The position numbers were made by a program, and so were the translations under genes. Source: Isurus oxyrinchus (lineage: Eukaryota). Taken from it: a DNA stretch of 64,000 bases. Where the stretch lies: positions 558,001-622,000 of the forward strand of contig JANJGN010000301.1 of assembly GCA_026770705.1 (NCBI GenBank). The letters are read 5' to 3'. The notes under the pieces were generated by a model. The model searched no databases and was not told the origin of the DNA. It saw only the letters and a program-made list of their open reading frames with translations. The first letter of the stretch is position 1. Each line of letters starts with the position of its first letter. This document shows positions 49,506-64,000 of this stretch, piece after piece.

Positions 49506-50023
49506 CTGCACGGATTTGATTCTAATGTTATTGCTGCTGTTAATCATATCCAGGATTGAACCATGTTCATTGTGACAGCTGGGGTTTGTCTCTGCTGATG
49601 TTAGTAATCTCTGTAACTGGGCTGGAGTCTAATATGCTGAATCTATAGCTGATTGTGTTCTCAAGGTGGCAGTGTCCCTTTAAGAACTGCTGTCTGATCT
49701 TTCCCCACAACTCTGTGACACTCATCAGAAATTAGTTTACAACAAGATCATGAACTTTTTCTTCAATCCTAAATTGATCTTTGGTACGAACTCTACAATT
49801 CAGTGTTTGAAAGGTTCCACTGATTAACATCTCCATTTAGAAAGTGCTGATTAATCCCTGTTGACAATTCTTACTGACTTGCACATTACACACAGTGACA
49901 CCTCCATTACTCACCAGAAAGAAGGGGAATGGGATTTGGAGAATTGAGAATACCCAGATGTTACCCCTCCTGTCTGGTACAGAAATCCCCTTGGCATGGA
50001 AATGGGGACAAGTCCAATCCAAG

Positions 50024-52164
50024 TAACGGACTGAGAATTCGCCATCTAATAAACTTATGAAATCTTCAGAAATTTATGGAATATTATCAAAATTGTTCAC
50101 TCACTCTCTTATGAAGGAAGCTTCCATAGCAGCTTACTGGATGACAAATACAGGACAGGCCTGTTATCTCTGCCAAGGAGGCCTCAAGCACATTTCCTGA
50201 AACAAGACATTTCTAACCCTGTTACAATTGAATCTCATGACCCATATTTAAACCAACTGTCTGTCTGAAGGTTAAAACAGGCTCTCGAAAGCAAAAAGAT
50301 TTCAAAATGACTCGTACTGGCTTCAGCCCAGCACCCACACTCTGGCTCACACCAGTAAACCGTTCAAAGGAGATTGCAGCCACCAGCTACAGAGACCAGC
50401 ACTCACTCTGCATCATCCGTCCATTTGTCCTCCAGGACTGGTCAACCATTCTGACCTGTCACGGGTCATCCGTTTTCCTGTCTATTTAGCTCATTGATCA
50501 TATTTAAACTGTTGCTTCTCAATAAACTACTTTCAAACACTTCTGAGCTCGACCCCCTTTTTCGGGTAATCTGTGACTTCCAGACCTAAATCTTACAAGG
50601 TGTGTTCGGAGCAGGATCATAGTGGTCGAGGTCCTAGGCTTGAGAAGTAACAGTCTTAGTTAAATGTGAATGGGGAAGTTCCTAAGTAAAGCCAGGAGTA
50701 TGTAATGACATTAACATATTACAGGGAACGATGGACAGATAGACTGACAGAAAATGGGCACGCCAGGGGCGAGAGATATCCTGGGGATTGTAGAAGGGAA
50801 TGATGGGAATTACAAATGTATCTCTATAGGCTTTCTAAAGAGGTTCAAAAAGGCCAAATTGAATTGAAGAAAGTCTAGAATCAGTTGGAAAATATCCACC
50901 AGGTGGATGCAGGTGAAGAAAGAGCTGGAAAATCTTTAAATTCCATGCATAAACTTTTGTTTGAACCATATGTATTTTTGACATGCCAATAATTTAGAAT
51001 TATGTGAGATTTTCTGCAGGTGGGGAGGATGAATCGAAATTGATAGCTATCATATTTACTGGATATAATTTTTACATTTATTCTTGTTGGCAGCTCAAGG
51101 GTTTGAGTTGCTGATTCTGATAATTCTAGTAGTTTTAGTATGTTATTGATGGTATGTAATCATGAAATTATGAAAACAAGCTCTTAGCTTAGAAATAGCT
51201 GGGTTAGCCAGGATATTTCCTTCTCAAGGTGGGGAGATGTGGAAGAAATCATTGTCCAATAACCATGTAATTTTTAAAGAAATTTACTGATTGTAGGAAT
51301 AGCTCTCTCTCTCTCTCTCTCTCACTTATGAAGAAAGCTTCCTGGGTTGACAAGCACAGGACAGTGAGGCCTGTTATCTCTGCCAAGGACATGTCTCCAG
51401 CACAGACCCTGAAACAAGACAAACTTGATCGGGTCAGTGGAGGGTAGGGATGGGTGATCTCATGACCCATGTGTAAACCAACTGTCTAAGTAAAGGTTAA
51501 CAGGATGCCCTAGAAAATGATGAACCACTAAATGACTTCAAGGATTTCCAATGGAAATAGGAGGGATTAACTTGAAAATCTATCCCTTGATAATTGAATA
51601 AGTGATTGACAAAAGACCCCCAGAAATAATATATATAAACAGCCTTTCAAGAGGGAAATTACTTCAGAGAAGAAAGAACTTCTCGGTGATCCATGCTGGC
51701 TTAGGCTGAACACTTTGGTTCAAAGAAACCGAGAAAGGAAGAGACTGTCACCTCCAGCCACGGAGATCATCATCCCCCTGATCCGAGACCAGTAAACCAT
51801 TCCGAGGTGACTGTCATCTTCAGCCATGGAGATCAGCATCCCCCTGATCCGAGACCAGTAAACCATTCTGAGGAGACTGTCATCTTCAGCCATGGAGATC
51901 AGCATCCCACTGATCCGAGACCAGTAAACCATTCTGAGGAGACTGTCACCTCCAGCCCCGGAGATCAGCATTCCCCCCTTGCTTATCTGCATCCATTTAT
52001 CCAATCAGCGACCAGTAAACCGTTCTCACCTGTTATGGGTCGTATGTTTTTTCTGCCTATTTAACTGATGTGTCATATCTAAACATATCTAAAATGCTTT
52101 AAAATCACCTAAGACTTCGACCCCCATTTTGGGTAATCTGTGACTCCTGGACTAAAATCTTACA
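50024..52164 (+). mobile_element. Non-autonomous LTR element (5' LTR about 50024-50597, internal about 640 bp, 3' LTR 51238-52164)
   Basis: Two homologous blocks both ending AAATCTTACA. Purine tract AAGGTGGGGAGA before TG at 51238, TATA-like at about 51630, AATAAA at 50521. Confidence 0.75.
51741..51975. repeat. 66-bp tandem repeat x about 3.5 inside the 3' LTR
   Basis: Units start at 51741, 51807, 51873 and 51939. Confidence 0.92.
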
Positions 52165-52224
52165 CTTGTCTATGAGAGTAACTGACGGTGCAAGAACTGA
52201 AATAATCTAGAGTAATGATGAAGT

Positions 52225-52673
52225 GTTAGTTGTGGTTCAGTGTTTGCATTCTTATCTCTCAGTTGGGAGGCTGTGGGTTCAAATCCACATCCAGAAACTT
52301 GTGTATAAAATCCAGGTTGATATTTTGATGCAGTACTGAAGGAGCACAGCACTGCCAGAGGTCCCGTCTTCCAGATGAGACCTTCAACTATGGTCCCACC
52401 TGTCCTCTCAGTTGGGTGTAAAAGTTCCCAGGGTGTTACTCCAAAGAGCAGGGGATTTCTCCCTGCTGTACTGCTTCATTTTTACCCTCAGCAAACATAA
52501 CTGAACAGATTATCTGGTCACAATCACATTTCTATTTGTGGGATCTTGCTGTGCACAATTTGGTGACAGCATTTCGTACATTACAACAGTGACTACACTT
52601 CAAAAGAACTTCATTGGCTGTAAAGCACTTAGGGATGTCCTGAAGTTATGAAAGGTGCTATATAAATACAAGT
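52225..52673 (+). mobile_element. DeuSINE-type (SacSINE1/AmnSINE1-like) tRNA-derived SINE
   Basis: tRNA-like head (GGTTCAAATCC), Deu-domain-like core (cagatgagacc..gtaaaag.tccca..agagcagggg..ctccc), tail gtgctatataaatacaag. Confidence 0.75.
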
Positions 52674-52939
52674 CTCCATTAACAAAGGAGAAAAGGCCCA
52701 AAAATGGAACAGTCGGAAACAGGACATCAATCAGTCTCCTCTGATCTTAGAGAAATCAAGGACTCGAATACTCTGTGTTTGACACAAAGCTGATTTATTT
52801 AACCTATACCAAGAATATTAAACTCCAGTCCAGTTACAGGGATTACTAACACCAACAGAAACAAACTCCAACTTTCAAAATGAAATGGTTCAGTCCTGGA
52901 TGTGATTAACAGCAGCAATAACAGCAGAATGCAAGTCCT

Positions 52940-54110
52940 GCAACTTGTGAACTCACTGGTGTGTCTGCAGGGTGGATGAACAAGAGAATCCCTTCCCACA
53001 GACGGGGCAGGTAAATGATCTCTCCCTGGTGTGAATGCGCTGGTGTTTCAGACTGAGGGAATGTTGAATGAATCCCTTCCCACACACAAAGCAGGTGAAT
53101 GGCCTCTCTCCAGTGTGACTGCGCTGGTGACTCAGCAGGTCTATTTTGCCTTTAAAGCTCTTATCACAGTTGGAACATTTAAAAGGTCTCATGTCAGAGT
53201 GAATATGTTGGTGTGAAGTGAGCTGCGGAAGCTGAGTGACTCCCTTTCCGCACAGTGCACACGAATGGTCTCACCCCACTGTGAATGTGCTGGTGTCTAG
53301 GCAAGGTGAATAACTGAGTGAACCCCTTATCTCACACAGAGCAGGTGAACGGCCTCTCCCCAGTGTAAACTCTCTGATGATCCAACAGTTTGCATAACTG
53401 AGTGAATGCCATCCCACAAGAGGGGCAGGTGAATGGTTTCTGCCCAGTATGAACTCGCTGGTGTAACTGAAGTCTGGATAACAGTGAATCCCTTCCCACA
53501 CATAGCACAAGTATACGGCCTCTCTCCAGTGTGAACTCGCTGGTGAGTCAGCAGGTTTTGTTTTCTTTTAAAGCTTTTCTCAAAGTTAGAACATTTAAAT
53601 GGTCTTGTGTCAGAGTGAACAAGTTGGTGTGCAGTGAGGTGGATTAGTCGAGTGAATCCTTTCTCACACTCAGAACAGATGAACGGCCTCTCCCCGGTGT
53701 GACTGCGTCAATGAATTTCCAATGCAGATGGTTTTGTGGATCCCTTCCTACAGCCTGAACATTTCCATAGTTTCTTTGTGGTTTCAATGTCCTTGTGTCT
53801 CTCCAGGTTGGATGATTAGTTGAAGCCTCGTTCACACAGAATACATGTATGGTTTCTCCCCACTGTGAATGGTGCAATGTATTTTCAGGCCGTGTAACTG
53901 GTTAAAACTCTTTCAACAGTCAGGGCAATGGAACACTCTCACTTGGGTGTGTGTGTTTTGGTGTTTTCCCAGTACCAGGCAGAACATCCAAAAAATTCTC
54001 CTCCCACATTCAAAGCCAATGAAATTCAGGTCCTGAAGAATCAAATGACTTTGTCAGATCTGCAGAATTATCTCCAAATTACCTCCTTCTAATCCCTGGA
54101 AAAGGAGTTG
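52940..54110 (-). pseudogene. C2H2 zinc-finger pseudogene (ZNF-F)
   Basis: Run of about 10 fingers broken by stops and frameshifts (e.g. CSNCDKSFKGKIDLLSHQRSH). Confidence 0.88.
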
Positions 54111-54649
54111 ACAGTGTCAGTATCACTATCAGCCCAGGATAGAAATTCAGAATAGGCAATTCTAATTCCTACAGAAAATTCTTTCTACAAAGATGTGGTT
54201 CAATCAAGGTAAAAGAAGCGACAATCAGCAACAAAGTCCCAATAAGAGTTCAGAGAACATTTCTATCTAAACCAGGATGTTGTTCTCTGTGTCTATGAAA
54301 CACTCTGTACCCTGATGTCCCCACCAGGGAAGGTGGAAGGTGGACACCACATGTTCTCTCTCCAGAGTTACTGGAGCACAGACGAGACTGCGGAAGTGGC
54401 CGGCAGTTGGTGTGAACCCGTGCCACCTGCTCGCACCATATCCCCGTCCATCTTCAATCTATAAATTATTGTTTTAACCAAGACCAGGTTCAGGAAAAGA
54501 TCCTCTAACTTACCTAACCCCTCCAGATTGGACAGGCAAAGATTGTAACCAAACACTGAGGAGCAGCCCCTTCAGGGGCTGCAAACTCTCACACTGAATG
54601 TCTGCATGGCCCATTGACTCCTCGAGGCTGCAAACATCATCTGAGTTCT

Positions 54650-55030
54650 GTTGTGTCCACCGGACACTAGGGCCCGGTTAGGAACAGAGGCCGTGAAAGT
54701 CCGCCCATTCGGTTACGTCACCAATACGCAAGCGCTCTGCTCCCTGCGGAACCAACAGGCCTGTTTCGTGGGAAGAGACCCGAAGCTGCAGATGGGGGAG
54801 CTACAAGTTCGTATTCGGGGCTTGAGGCATTCCCCAGGTGTTTAGAAACCCTCCCCGTCGATTCCGCATCCATTTTGATGATACGACAGACAAGCGGCTC
54901 TCCAGATTCATCAATGCGCATGCTCCAAACAATGCGCAGGAACGCGCATGGGCACTGTTCTCCTGTAAGTGGGGATAGGGGACATTCAACATTGCGAGGG
55001 ATGCTGGGTAACGTCCCCGCCATGGAAAGT
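54650..55030. promoter_or_regulatory. CpG-rich promoter-like region upstream of ZNF-F
   Basis: TTACGTCA (54713-54720), CCAAT, TGCGCATGC (54915-54923). Confidence 0.55.
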
Positions 55031-55994
55031 CCGAAGCAGCGTAGAAAGATTTATTTTGGTATGACGGGCCTTTTGGGGCGCGGTGGTGTGGAAATCAATT
55101 AAATTCGGAAACAAGTTATACAGAAACCCGAGTAAAACTCCCCTTCCATCTTCTGTGCATAAGCCAGCAGTTTTCCATCCACGGGTCTTTTAATGCTCCA
55201 GGGTCAGGGAATCCAGCTAGAACTAGTTTCTATACAAGGTGATTGCGTGGATCCTGAGCTGTGGAGGGATTTCCATAAAACAATGGTAATTTTAAAGGCT
55301 GAAGGCATCAAAATTTTTACTCCATTCTGAATACCAAGAATGTTACTATAACTACTGAAAGAGCGAAAAAGTGAAACATTGTCCATCTAAATATTGGAAA
55401 TAGGTTCAAATTGAGAGGGAAATCAATCTCTATATCTTTAACAGATATTGGCATGGAAAGAGGGAAATGAATGACCTTTAGAGATCCAGTCCATTTGTAA
55501 ATCAATCATCACTCGCCAATACTGTTACACTGTCAGAGTTCAGGGGCGCAAAGGGAAAAAAAATTGCGGCCATGAATCTAATTTGGGAAATACAGTTAAA
55601 GAAACAAGATTCAATTTATAAACTAAAGTATTGAAATTCAAATAACAATAATTGTTTCCAATTAATATATTCATTTTGCCCAGCACTGGTGGGGAGTAGG
55701 TGTGGGAAATGTTCACTGTTTTATACTATTCTATTTTTCTATGATTATGATGCATGACCTTCCCCTCCATTCTGTAACATATAAATGGCAAAGCATTCTA
55801 CCCAGAATGCTCCATGTGGGTGAATATGGCCAATCTCCATCAGAAGGGCCGTAATGTACAGTCACGGGAAGGCCCTGCCTCTCCTGGAAGGAAGGGATCT
55901 GCTGGACATAGCCTCTCCCACCTTACAAATATGTGGGGCTTCTTCATATTGCAACATCCCAGCCAATTCATAGTTGTGAGATTGCAGGAGAGTA

Positions 55995-56275
55995 ATGTCT
56001 TTACTCAGGCTGGGAGAGTTTGATGGGACAGTGTTGAGGGAGTTTAACTCTCTATCAAAACCATGCTGTACCTGCTCTGTGGCACTGTTTGATATGGCAC
56101 GTTGTGGGAGTTCTCTGTATCTAACCTGGGCTGTACTTGCCCTGGATATGTTTGATGACATGACTTGGAAGGAGCTTTGTTCAGCCTCTAATTCTAACAC
56201 GTGTTGTACCTATCTTGGGAATATTTGATGGGAAAGTGTACTCTGTTTCTAATACATGTTGTACCTGCCCTGACT
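55995..56275. repeat. Degenerate minisatellite, about 60-65-bp unit
   Basis: Recurring ctctgtatctaacc..gctgtacctgccctggga..tttgatgggacagtg. Single related units at about 3150-3200 and 7120-7180 (opposite strand). Confidence 0.75.
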
Positions 56276-58013
56276 GAATTCCACATGGGAATAGGTATTG
56301 AGATAATGTTATTCCTCTTCTCACAATTTGTGACGGAAAATCTCATCTTTTCTGAGAGACCTAATAATGTCTTTGTATGAGCTCATCTCCTGACCCTCTG
56401 GCTCAGTGTCAAAAACATGCATTATCTGTCCTTTCAGATCATTGATCTATTCATGTCCAATCTTATCCTCATTAGGACCTCCTCAAACCTGCTCTGATTG
56501 TAGTTTCTTAATTTTAATGTGTGTAAGTGTCTTTACTATTGAGAAATGTTTAATAAAGTTATTAGAATTATTCAGTTCTTCCTCGCCTGGCTTCCCTCTG
56601 TCTACATTCCCCACCTCGAGGCTCAAGAATGTTCTTCCTTTTGTAGCTTCAAAGCTTTTCTCTTGGTCAGTGCAAACATTTCCATTATATCCTATCTCCT
56701 TGTTACCTGTCTTTGAATTCTCTTCATCAACCAGACCATGAACATTAGAGGAATTAGCATCATCGGTAATATCAAGAGGAAATTAAAGGCAGTTATTATC
56801 CAAGGATGTTGTTCTGCATTTCACACTATCTGCCACGGGGGCTGATCATCCAGTGTAACAATGGACCACACAATATTAACAGTAAGAGGTGGAATTTAAT
56901 GTGTTTATTTCTATCCTGATTGTTTTAAAGTCTGTTTCTCCATGGAGTATTGTGTAATGCATTGATAATATAAAAAGTCTCATCCTACTAACCACATTAA
57001 TCACTTTATGTTGTTGTGTTGTTGAGTTCCTAAGCATGTCTGGGATTCATTCCTCAGAGCAGGTTCACCATGCATTTCCACATGTTAGTCACTTCACATG
57101 TAACCAATCACATCTACACACTCACACCAGTATCCCAATATCATGCTACACATGCCGTCTGATACAAGCCATTCTTGACTTTCAGGTAATCTTAACAAAA
57201 GATCAGGAGGGTATCTGATGATCTTGACTTATCTCCCCACTGCATGGTGCAATGCCTCAGATACTGACCAGACAATTAAATGCAGTCACCTTGAAAAGTT
57301 CAGAAGCAAGGAAACTAAAATCTCCAAGAAAAGGCTTTCAATTTATTAGTCCCATCTACACTTTCCTTTCTTCCACTTAAATGTACATGGATACAAAATT
57401 GAGCTATTTTATTGACCTATACCCAGGATGAGTTCTTCCAATTTCCATTTGTTGGTATGATTTTCTCTATCTTTTACTGGAAGTGGACCATCCCATTAAT
57501 TACCATTCTATCTCATTTATGAGCTCTGGAGGAATTTTACTGTCCAACTCAATATTCACATAATATGGTGTTTTTACATCAGAGATAGAAATACTTACAA
57601 TTCAGTTTAAACCTAACTCCCATATCTCCCGTTATCAAGCACTTTGTCTTAAAAAGTAACAAATGGGACAAAGCCAAACCTTTATAAGGCAAAGCCTTTA
57701 GTTCAAATTGTCACAGTGGAAAGGGTTAACTATTCTGCTTGTTTGCAGAAAGGTTGGAGCAAACATTCTCAAATGTGCACAATTGTATCAACCTTACATA
57801 ACTTTTCTTTTCAGAGCAAAGATGAACCAAACACGATTTTTGTTTCTCCAATTCTTTTGGTATTTCTCACAGCTCTTTTGTTCTCTCTTCAGGTTACTAT
57901 TACAATCCCAGCTGACGTTCATACTGGATAATAAGATCCTAGAGTGAATCCTGGTTTGACAGATCCTAATTTTCTTTGAAGAAACCATGGAGGAAAATTC
58001 ATCAACAGGAGTC

Positions 58014-59390
58014 TGTTGACGAATTTCTAACGCAAGAAATAAACTATTTATTAAACAAGAAAAAATGAACTATATTTTGCCAGACAAAAAATAGGAAAGA
58101 TCTCAATACCAACACAAGAAGACACTTCAGACACACACTATTCCTTTACCCAGCAATATCTTTACGTTGAAGAGTTACCACTAGATTGGCACAAAAGATT
58201 CTCGCTTCGGACTGCCACAGTTGCAAATAATTTTCTTCCAGTGAAATCCTGATCATTCACTCGATGCTTATCACCCAACTTGTATCTCTCCCTGAAACAC
58301 CCAAAAAACACACTCTGAACTCTTTGCTTCTTCAACTGCAAAGTGAACAAATGAGTTCCCTAAACTCTATCTTCCAGTAGCATCTCTGCTAAACTGATCA
58401 ATTTACTGAGTTCTATTAGCTGATTATTCAGTTAACTACTGTCCCCAAGAGCCTCAGAATTTTTCTTATCAGAGAGCTTAAAATTCCTGTCCTCTCTCTC
58501 TGACACAATCTGAACACTCAAATGACAGATGCGACCAAAGCAGATTCCATGGATTTCTCAACACACCACCAAGACAGTTGTCACATTGTGAGCCAATCAA
58601 TCCCACAGAAACTTTGTCTTTCTCATGAGGGTTTCTGATCTCCACATCTGAAGATCTTGCCTTGGAATTCTTTACAAAAGTCATTCCGACTCGGGCAGTT
58701 TCAACAATGGCCCACCTCACAGGATTTTAATCTTTCCTTCTGAGATTCCTTTCCCCTGGATTCTCGAGCACACTCAAGCATCACATTCCAAGCACAATTT
58801 CAGATCTTTGGCTGTGCCAAGCAGAACACCACTGCTTCAAAGAGGTACCCAACAGCCCACAGCATGGAGTCACCAACCTTCACTGCCTTCTCGGATCTTC
58901 AGGGCTTCTCTCAAGCTCACCACTATAAGTCTGCTCATTGCAGCTCCTTCTTTAACTCTGAACCTATTTCTCTGCTCCTTTCCTTTACCTCATTCAAAGG
59001 GATCTATTCCTGTCCCCTCTCTTCATTCTTTAACTGGAACTACCTTTTGGGACCCCTCCCTGGTTTGGGAGCTTCTTCCTGTCCCTGTCCCAAGTCCTGC
59101 TCCTTGGGACACCTCCAAGATAATGGTACTCCGTTTCAGGTCATCTAACTTGCATTTCCAAACTGAACCAATGGAAATGAGTTGAGGTTTCATCACACGC
59201 CTTTTCAAATGAGTGTAATACAACTGAAGAAAAATGAAACTAAATCAGTTATCATTGAAGTTTCAACCTTCTTAGACCAAAAAGAGTCAAAGAGGGTGGA
59301 GCTTCCCACAGCTTGTCAACTCCAGCTCATAATTTCAAGGCTGAAGCTTATCTTTAGGAATCCAATTTTTCAGTGTCTTTGATAATTCTA
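58014..59390. mobile_element. Possible solo LTR-like element
   Basis: Bounded by TG...CA, non-coding, with TTTATT near the left end. No internal coding evidence. Confidence 0.3.
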
Positions 59391-59449
59391 CAAGTAAATT
59401 GTGATTAATGCTAATAGGTTTAATTTAATCAGTAATTGTTTCACTTTTC

Positions 59450-60390
59450 TCAGCACAGGAGCTGGCAGCATTTTAAATCCCAATTGTATGCTTCTCTTGT
59501 AGCTGGTGTACGAGAAGATCATGTCCACTGTAGATCCACCAGCACAGAAACTGCACTGTGCTTCTGGGTACACTCAGTCTGCAATAAGTTAAAGTGTTTA
59601 AGCATGACCACAGTGAAGGTCATCCCTATGATGCTAAGGTGTGAGATACCCCTGTAGTTGTTGCAATCCCATCCGTCATCATTGTTTTTGTATATTGTGA
59701 TGAGTTTTGCATTATGCATATCTTGTTCCAACTTTTCAGAGGAGGTGGTCACAATATCTGGGATTTCCTGTGCCTGAACAGTTTGTTTAGAACACTATCC
59801 TTGTCAGGTGATTTACTGCTTGCTAAGCAATAATTGGCCTGTTCAAACTCAAATGATGTACATCTCACAGGAGTACAGCTCACAGTAATGTTCAACCCAG
59901 TGGGACATCTGTTTAATTATGTCAGTGAGTACATCACCATCTGTGATTTCAGGGGTCAACTTTGGTGATGGTCGGACCAAGTACCCTCTTGATCCCATCA
60001 TACATAGCACATACATTTCCACTGTGACAGGCAGTTTGGATTTCTTGATATAAACTGATTGTGTTTATTTGCACAGGATCTCCCTATCTCTTACGTGACT
60101 GTCTTGACTACTTTCAAATTGTGCAGTGTTCTAGCTGTTGGGTTTATGTTGTGCATCAGGTAGGCTTTGCTTTTTGCTTCAATGACAGATGTTATCTCAG
60201 CTGAATAGGTGTTAAACCAGTCTTTGTTGTGGGTTCCACCTTTACCAAATGTTGCTGCTGCTGTGTCAGAAATGATGGAACTCAGCAACTTCCAAGCTTC
60301 ATCAATATCATTGTTGATTGATGAAGCTTTTATTGATGTGCCTGTAAAATATTTACTGCTTTGTTTAATGTTCCTTATTAATTTAACCTC
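59450..60390 (-). mobile_element. RTE-clade LINE fragment
   Basis: AKLITIYKN..DCNNYRGISHLSIIG, YPEAQCSF..STVDMIFS, TFGK..NKDWF. Confidence 0.85.
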
Positions 60391-60776
60391 ATGATGAAGG
60401 TGTCACTGAAGAATGTGCAAGTCAGTAAGAATTGTCAGCAAGGATTAATCAGCCTTTATAACCAGAGATGTAAATAGTGGAACCTTTCTGACACCAAATT
60501 ATAGATTTCGCATCAAATATCAATTTAGGATTGAAGTAACAGTTCATAATTTTATTGTAAACTTGTTCTTGAGGAGAGTTCTTGTATTAAGGGAAAAGAT
60601 CACAAATGGGCTTCTCCCCATGTGAATGTGCAGCCCCAAAAGTCAGTGACATCTCCAGAATATTAAACTCCAGCAAGTTATAAGGTTATGAAGATCAGCA
60701 AAAACAAACCTAATATTGTCAGACTATCAGTCCTGGGTGTGATTACCAGCAGCAACAACAGCAGAGTCCAGAGTAA

Positions 60777-61720
<944 letters not shown>

Positions 61721-61767
61721 GATTTAAAAAACTCATCAAAGTACAGCACAGAAATTTCTGAACAGAC

Positions 61768-62587
61768 CAGTCTCCTTTCAAGTGAAGCAGCATTTCACTT
61801 GCACTTGCCTCAACTTAGTCTACTGCATTTGTTGCTCCCAATGCGGTTTCCTCTGCATCGGAGAGACCAAACGCAAACTGGGTGACCGCTTTGCAGAACA
61901 CCTTCGGTCTGTCCGCAAGTATTACCCAGACCTCCCGGTCACTTGCCATTTCAACCCTCCACCCTGCTCTCATGCCCACATGTCCGTCCTTGGCTTGCTG
62001 CATTGTTCCAGTGAAGCTCAACGCAAACTGGAGGAACAGCACCTCATCTTCTGACTAGGCATTTTACAGCCTTCCGGACTGAATATTGAGTTCAACAATT
62101 TTAGTTCATGAGCTCTCTCCGCCATCCCCACCCCTTTCCGATTTTCCCCCTCCTTTTTGTTTTTTCCAATAATTTATATAGATTTTTCTTTTCCCACCAA
62201 CATTTTTAAGTGTATTTCCATCCATTGTTTTATCTCTACCTTTTAGCCTATTTTGATCCCTTCCCCCCACCCCATAGGGCTATCTGTACCTTGCTCATCC
62301 TGCTTTCTACCCTTAATTAGCACATTCCTTTAGATAATATCACCACCTTCAACACTTCTTTGTCCTTTTGTCTGTGACATCTTTTGGTTATCTCCACCTA
62401 TCACTGGCCCTCTATCCAGCTCTTTTTGTCCCACCCCCCTCCCCCCGAAACCAGATTATATTTCACCTTTCTTCTATTTTTACTTAGTTCTGTTGAAGGG
62501 TCATTCGGACTCGAAACGTTAGCTGTGCTCCTCTCCGCAGATGCTGCCAGACCTGCTGAGTTTTCCAAGGTATTTTTGTTTTTGTTT
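61768..62587 (+). mobile_element. Penelope-like element 3' part (GIY-YIG plus terminus)
   Basis: FTCTCLNLVYCICCSQCGFLCIGETKRKLGDRFAEHLRSV..HFN..RKLEEQHLIF. Confidence 0.9.
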
Positions 62588-63369
62588 CTATGGACCATGT
62601 TTTCCTCTCATGTTCCTGCAAATCCTTATCCCACACACTCTCCCTCCTACCATGCTGAAATCCAAATCCCAGAGTGACCAAGCGTACAATATTTTACAGA
62701 ATTGTCCCATATTTGAGAGTCAGTTATTCTGGTCTTCCTGGTGCCGGAACATTATTTGTCCCTTAAATTGGACCATTCTGGTCGCTCCCCATACAGAACC
62801 CTGTCCCCCAATGTTTCTGTGCTCCAACAGCTCTGGCAGCCAGTTTACCACATCCCACCCCCCCACCACCACCTCACCAACTCTGGCAGCAGCCCACCCA
62901 ACAAACCCCCACCCACTCGTATGGACTCCCATGGCAGGCTGTCCCTCAATTTTCTCCATGTGATATGGTCATCCTGCCAAACCCCTCATACCATCTCCAC
63001 CATTCCTTTCCTCACTCCCAGTTTTATCCCTCGCAGTACTCTGGCTGGGTTCTGTTCTCAAATCCCTGTGTGGAGAGTGAGAATATAATCAATGAATCAA
63101 TCACTTTCTCTCCTGGTCACTGGGACCCTGAAGCCCCGCCCACTCACTGTTGCTTCACCAAGAAAGTAAAAGTCCCGGAGCTACAAACATGGGACCTGCA
63201 GGTTCTTATTGGGGGTTTGGGGCCTCCAGCGGGTGTTTCTGAATCCTCACCGCCCACCTCCCAGGGTTTCCTTCCTTCCCACAGATCAGATCTTCATTAA
63301 ATAAGAGGTTACACTTTGGGCTCAAATCATTGTCCCCCCTCTCCCATCCTCTGATGTGAACCATCCTCC

Positions 63370-64000
63370 ACTCGCTGACCCAGGATGGCGGCCGTTAACC
63401 TGGGCCTGTTCCCGGGAGGGAGAAGCCCCGCAGCTGCAAACCAGGAGCTGATAATTATTCATAACGGTTACTCCAGCTCACAATACCGAGGCAGTAATTG
63501 ACGGCAGGTACGGACCAATAGGAAGAGGGGATGGGGCTGTCGGACCGAACAAGAGCTGTTGATCCTCCAATCGGACTGAATGGGGGGGCGGGGCTGAGCC
63601 CATAACCGTCATCCCTCATCATCTCCGCAGGCGCCCGGGCTGCGCACTGTCCCCGATAAAGGTGGCAGCCTTAACCCAGGCGCGTCTGGGAGAAAAGACT
63701 GAGAAGCTGTTGACCTTTCAAATACTGTGCCCAAGCTCGTATGCGGGGCTTGAGGCTTACACGAGGTGTTTATGAAGCCACCCAACCCACCCGCCGGCTC
63801 CCTTCCTCCCTCTTGACCCACCCGGCGGCAACTAACCGGCTAAGAATTTCCGCACAGCCGCTTCAGTCATCCACCATCGTCGGCAATGCGCATGTTCCAG
63901 CTCAATGCCCATCATCATTGGGCGGGGCTGGAGGACGGAGAGGAGCGGCTGGCCCTCCAACCAATCGGAATGAATGAGGGGCGGGGCTGAGCCCGGATGT
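63370..64000 (-). promoter_or_regulatory. Putative promoter of ZNF-G, with two copies of the cassette core
   Basis: 63490-63600 and 63880-64000 are reverse-complement copies of the core. YY1-type GATGGCGGC 63384-63392 in a context homologous to 29626-29685. Confidence 0.65.

Overview
Eukaryotic genomic DNA from a cartilaginous fish (shark-like). 1-6.7 kb: the 3' half of an apparently intact IgM heavy-chain cluster (Cmu1-Cmu4, secretory tail, TM1/TM2, all with canonical splice sites). No V/D/J segments and no further C gene are in the window. 8.3-14.3 kb: a decayed array of tRNA genes (Glu x3, Asn x2, Leu, one unassigned) with duplicated flanks. 15-64 kb: a tandem or head-to-head array of eight C2H2 zinc-finger genes and pseudogenes with no recognisable KRAB. 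One is fully intact, one is truncated by a single nonsense codon, one has 9 open fingers but no ATG, and five are clear pseudogenes. They are preceded by related GC-box/CCAAT/NRF1/YY1 promoter cassettes. The rest is retroelements: CR1, L2, RTE, Penelope-like (GIY-YIG, with hammerhead-like ends), tRNA-derived SINEs, a DeuSINE, LTR elements and minisatellites. The most unusual items are (i) an intron-containing pre-tRNA-Arg(TCT) fused to a CR1 3' end and inserted inside an older CR1, (ii) a tRNA-headed SINE body running straight into a LINE endonuclease frame, (iii) a minimal hammerhead ribozyme with an intact core, and (iv) the Ig/tRNA-relic/ZNF-array juxtaposition. All calls are by eye. TE boundaries are approximate and family names come from recalled motifs, not database searches.
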